NCBI GenBank assembly: GCA_964291315.2
Contig: OZ219753.1
Location: 1,344,001-1,408,000, forward strand
Length of the DNA stretch: 64,000 bases
Origin: Candidatus Poribacteria bacterium
GTDB lineage: Bacteria; Poribacteria; WGA-4E; WGA-3G
Direction of reading: 5' to 3'
A program made the position numbers and the translations under genes. Below, in pieces: positions 60,561-64,000 of the stretch (within the stretch, counting starts at the first letter, position 1; each line of letters starts with the position of its first letter). The notes beneath the pieces are model-generated. The model was not told the DNA's origin and did no database searches. It saw nothing but the letters and a program-made list of their open reading frames with translations.

Positions 60561-62126
60561 TTAACGTTTTGTGGTATACGATTCGCGAATCCACTCTTCA
60601 AGAAGTTGATCGTGGTTCTCCACAACCTCCTTTGGAAGCGTGAACGTGAATTGTCCAGTGTTCTGTTTGATCAGGTTCAGACCGTGCTGGTAGCTTTCGA
60701 GAAGCTCATCACATATCTGCTCTATTGATTTTTCTTCAGCGGTTGCCAGTTCACAGATATGGGCTGTCGCTTCGGCATCGAATCGGATTTGCAATTGATG
60801 TTCCGCATAAAATTGTGCTTCACACCGACGAATCTTCTCATGCATCACTATTTTCCGATTGTAGTCGGTGTCCTCAATGATATGCCTTAGTTCCGCATCA
60901 GGGGCATCGACGACCGCGGCAGTCACAACGAATTCTGTAATGCCTGTGGAAGGAAGCTCAAACTTATAGTTGCGCAAAACTTTTTCGCAGACTGTCATTA
61001 AGGCACGCGCCCCTGTTTTTTGTTCAAAGGCTTTCTCAGCAATTCGACGTAGACCGTTGTCTGCAAACAGAACTGTAACGCCGTACGCCTGAAAAGCTTT
61101 TTCGTATTGCCGAATAATGGACCCCTCAGAGTGTTTCAGAATGTGGAAAAGATCGCCCACTTCCAGTTCCGTGCAGATCACATGCACCGGGAGCCGCCCG
61201 ATGAACTCAGGTTCGAAACCGAAGTCGATGAAATCCCGTGATGTGACATGCTGAAAACAGTGTGATGCATCATCGGCTTGACTGGCGACTTCAGCATTGA
61301 AACCGATCCTGCTCTGATGCAGTCTCTTCTGGATAATGTTCTCCATACCCGTGAATGCCCCGCTGATGATAAAGAGAATGTGGCGGGTGTTGATGACCTC
61401 TTTTTCAACCTTACCGCGTTTCTGGAATTCCAGCGCAGCACGCATTTGCGCAGCAGGGTCGTTCCCCGCATGCAGATCCACTTCAGTCTCTTCCATCAAT
61501 TTGAGAAGCCCTATCTGCACACCACGGCCACTGACATCGCGTCCCAGAATATTTGGTGGTGTCGCGATTTTATCCGCCTCATCGAGATAGATGATCCCGT
61601 ATTGTGCCAGTTCCAGGTTGTCTTCGGCTTGTGACACTAGTTCCCGGATTAAGTCGTCTACATTCGCACCGATGTAACCCGTTTCGCTGAAGCGAGTGGC
61701 ATCAGCTTTGACAAATGGCACGCCGATGAGTTTCGCAATGTGCCGAACGAGGTAGGTCTTACCAACCCCCGTCGGGCCAAGCATGACGATGTTCTGTTTC
61801 GAATAGTCGGCATCAGCAGCACTCGGATCTTCGTGGCACTCGCGGACATGGTTATAGTGATCACAAACCGCGATGGCAAGCGCCTTCTTTGCTTCGTCCT
61901 GTTTTATGACATACCGATCGAGGTATTTCTTGATTTCTTTCGGTTTGAGATCGAATTTCAAATCAAAAGTCTTTTTCGATTCAGATTCTTTGGTCTTTGT
62001 CTCTAGCGTTGGTTCACCCGCTGTCGCTTTGATCAAGCGCACACTACCGCCGTATTTTCGTTCAACGAACGCTTGAAACTCTTCTTCTATCTCTTCCGGA
62101 GTGGGGAACTTTTTATTTGTATTCAT
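60561..62126 (-). CDS. ClpX-like AAA+ ATPase lacking the N-terminal zinc-binding domain
   Basis: YLDRYVIKQDEAKK, GPTGVGKT, ADAT..SETGYIG, YLDEADK, RDVSG.GVQ, IGF loop, PEFIGRLP, TGARAL. Confidence 0.85.
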   Translation of the reverse strand: MNTNKKFPTPEEIEEEFQAFVERKYGGSVRLIKATAGEPTLETKTKESESKKTFDLKFDLKPKEIKKYLDRYVIKQDEAKKALAIAVCDHYNHVRECHEDPSAADADYSKQNIVMLGPTGVGKTYLVRHIAKLIGVPFVKADATRFSETGYIGANVDDLIRELVSQAEDNLELAQYGIIYLDEADKIATPPNILGRDVSGRGVQIGLLKLMEETEVDLHAGNDPAAQMRAALEFQKRGKVEKEVINTRHILFIISGAFTGMENIIQKRLHQSRIGFNAEVASQADDASHCFQHVTSRDFIDFGFEPEFIGRLPVHVICTELEVGDLFHILKHSEGSIIRQYEKAFQAYGVTVLFADNGLRRIAEKAFEQKTGARALMTVCEKVLRNYKFELPSTGITEFVVTAAVVDAPDAELRHIIEDTDYNRKIVMHEKIRRCEAQFYAEHQLQIRFDAEATAHICELATAEEKSIEQICDELLESYQHGLNLIKQNTGQFTFTLPKEVVENHDQLLEEWIRESYTTKR

Positions 62127-62145
62127 AAGCTCTACCTAACGGTTG

Positions 62146-63180
62146 TTAGAGTACCGGGCCTGCCAATTCACGACGGATAATCTCAGCACCAGCTACCATC
62201 GCTTTGAGTTTGGCTGCTGCTGCCCACCGTGCTATTTGGCTAAAACCGCAATCTGGTGTAACCACCAGTTTTTCAGGAGGCACATGTTCGAGTGCTTCAC
62301 GCAGCAGTCCTGCGACATCCTCTGGTGTTTCTAGGTAATAGTTCTTAACGTCGATTAATCCTACAGCGAGTTCTTTGTTGTTCGGAAACTCGCTCCATAA
62401 CCCTATTTCTGCCATCTCTCGGTTAGCGAACTCGAGGGCGAGTTGATCGAAACCGGCTTCAAGAATAGCAGGAAAAAGTGGTCTATACTGACGCTTACCA
62501 ACCGCCCTGCCGCGGTAGTTACCGAAACAGATATGCAGTCCAATCTTAGCCGAAACCCCTTCAACAGTACGGTTAAACAGCTTCACAAATTCCTGCGGGC
62601 GATCAGGATAAACGGCATAAGAGGGTTCATCGAGTTGGATAAATTCTGCCCCGGCTGTGACGAGCTGCCGAAGTTCTGTATTGATGATTTCCGCACAAGC
62701 GTACGCGATGTCGAGGCGCTGCTCATATACGCCCCCTGTCTGAATCCGCCCGGAAAGCGTGAACGGGCCGGGGCAGGTTACCTTGATCGGTTTCGAGGTT
62801 TCGCCCTTCGCGAATTCAAATTCTGCAAGAATACCGAGTCCGCTGGGCGCGGTAAGCCGATTAGACGGCATCCATTTCCCTCGTTGATCGTGTCCATCAG
62901 GCCCCTGTGTTCTCGGAGCCGGCAGCTGGGTTAATCCGCCGAAGCGTTCATAGAAACCGAGCACGAAATCCTGGCGGCGCATCTCACCTTCCGTGATGAT
63001 GTCAACCCCCGCGCGTTCTTGATCAGCGATGGCGACGCGAACTGCATCGTCAAAGGTTTCGTTAATATCGGTTTCGCCCAGCTCTCCGCGCCCGATGGCT
63101 TCTAACGTCACACACAACCAACTCGGCGGGGCATAACTTCCAATAGTGCTAGTAGGTATTAAAATGTCCGATTCCTTCAT
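62146..63180 (-). CDS. Cobalamin-independent methionine synthase II family (single-barrel MetE C-terminal type)
   Basis: TIGSY, DIITEGEMRR, IQLDEP, HICFGN, LEFA, PDCG Zn ligands. Confidence 0.85.
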   Translation of the reverse strand: MKESDILIPTSTIGSYAPPSWLCVTLEAIGRGELGETDINETFDDAVRVAIADQERAGVDIITEGEMRRQDFVLGFYERFGGLTQLPAPRTQGPDGHDQRGKWMPSNRLTAPSGLGILAEFEFAKGETSKPIKVTCPGPFTLSGRIQTGGVYEQRLDIAYACAEIINTELRQLVTAGAEFIQLDEPSYAVYPDRPQEFVKLFNRTVEGVSAKIGLHICFGNYRGRAVGKRQYRPLFPAILEAGFDQLALEFANREMAEIGLWSEFPNNKELAVGLIDVKNYYLETPEDVAGLLREALEHVPPEKLVVTPDCGFSQIARWAAAAKLKAMVAGAEIIRRELAGPVL

Positions 63181-63373
63181 AAGTCCTTCTATATTTCTAC
63201 TAGGCGCACAATTTCAGTCCGCTCTGTTTTCTGCTAATGCACCAACTAGCATGTGGGGCGACGACGGCAATAGAACCCGATGGCACTGATGAGCAGCAAC
63301 TGATAGACCGTGTTACGCTAAGCATATATTTGCGAAATGATTCAAGTGCTGTAAGCACAATTTTTTATAGTCG

Positions 63374-64000
63374 CTACCCGCTAACATTCGCATAAAAAAA
63401 TGGCGGCATTGTTAAGGCGACAACATCATCCTCTCCAGATATTTCGCGGGCCATTGCAAGGGCATCATCTAAATTCGCCGCCCAATCAACCCCTAAACGT
63501 TGCGCTACCCGCGGCTCCTTTGGACCCACGAGGATTACCTTCGAGAGATATTTCAACGGATACGTTGCCCAATACCAGACGGTAAACGGATGGAAACCGT
63601 GATGCGCAAACCTGTTCCGATAGCAGTCGATCAAATACGGATCCTTCGCGTATTTCTCCTGAAACTTCCGTTGCATCTCAAACGGTTCTGTGGTATCAGC
63701 AAGAACCTCATCGTAAAACATCTTATACGCAGTGTGATATTCTTCATGGAAGATTTCATACGTCGGGTTCATAATAATGACAACGCCATTTTTTTTAATA
63801 ATAGGTTTAGTGTAAAACCAATTGAAGACGTAGCCCAATATGTCGCTGACCACTAACACAGGATTGATACGCGCATCAACGGCATAAGGACTCATATCCG
63901 GAAGTCCGAACACCAAAGTGCTGAATTGGCGCGGGATGTCTATTGCCAACTGTTCCTTCATAGATGCCAACGTCCGGGCGTGAACGGCATCAATGCTGCC
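63374..64000 (-). CDS. Lactate racemase (LarA/DUF2088)-domain protein, C-terminal part (5' end outside window)
   Basis: Frame open to window edge; SPY..NP.LV, GVVI, AHHGFHPF..WYW, VILVG motifs. Confidence 0.6.
   Translation of the reverse strand, partial: GSIDAVHARTLASMKEQLAIDIPRQFSTLVFGLPDMSPYAVDARINPVLVVSDILGYVFNWFYTKPIIKKNGVVIIMNPTYEIFHEEYHTAYKMFYDEVLADTTEPFEMQRKFQEKYAKDPYLIDCYRNRFAHHGFHPFTVWYWATYPLKYLSKVILVGPKEPRVAQRLGVDWAANLDDALAMAREISGEDDVVALTMPPFFYANVSG

Noticed and set aside
63181-63373. Riboswitch upstream of the MetE-like gene
   Set aside because: No SAM-I or cobalamin consensus; the sequence fits the heptamer repeat family better
1-64000. CRISPR array, tRNA/rRNA, transposase, integrase or prophage
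   Set aside because: No regularly spaced direct repeats, cloverleaf/rRNA signatures or mobility ORFs were seen by eye

Overview
Bacterial chromosomal window, gene-dense, mostly minus-strand. The gene repertoire (LolA, several PhyH-family dioxygenases, BlaI/M56 pair, ThuA, Gfo/Idh/MocA, heptamer-armed intergenic palindromes) resembles a diderm, non-actinobacterial organism such as Ca. Poribacteria; this taxonomic call is inference only. Two stand-out loci: (1) a complete, intact, actinobacterial-order Pup-proteasome operon (arc-dop-pup-prcB-prcA-pafA, 5.2-11.9 kb) with its own consensus sigma70 promoter, directly downstream of recA, with a non-canonical ARC C-terminus (GTFL); (2) a nine-gene carotenoid operon (27.8-36.4 kb: secreted hypothetical, crtYcd-type cyclase, crtD, crtI, crtB, acyltransferase, GT2, cruF, crtW) predicting a monocyclic 4-keto acyl-glycoside carotenoid, preceded by a BlaI/M56 pair. 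Also present: a frameshifted single-polypeptide restriction-modification gene with extreme local strand skew, a cis-3-hydroxyproline dehydratase/Pyr2C reductase pair, metH plus a short MetE-like gene, a stand-alone dnaK with sigma54-type promoter motifs, an atypical ClpX paralogue, a GldF/GldG/DUF4340 module and housekeeping genes. No rRNA, tRNA, CRISPR array or transposase was seen. All product calls come from motif recognition, not database searches.
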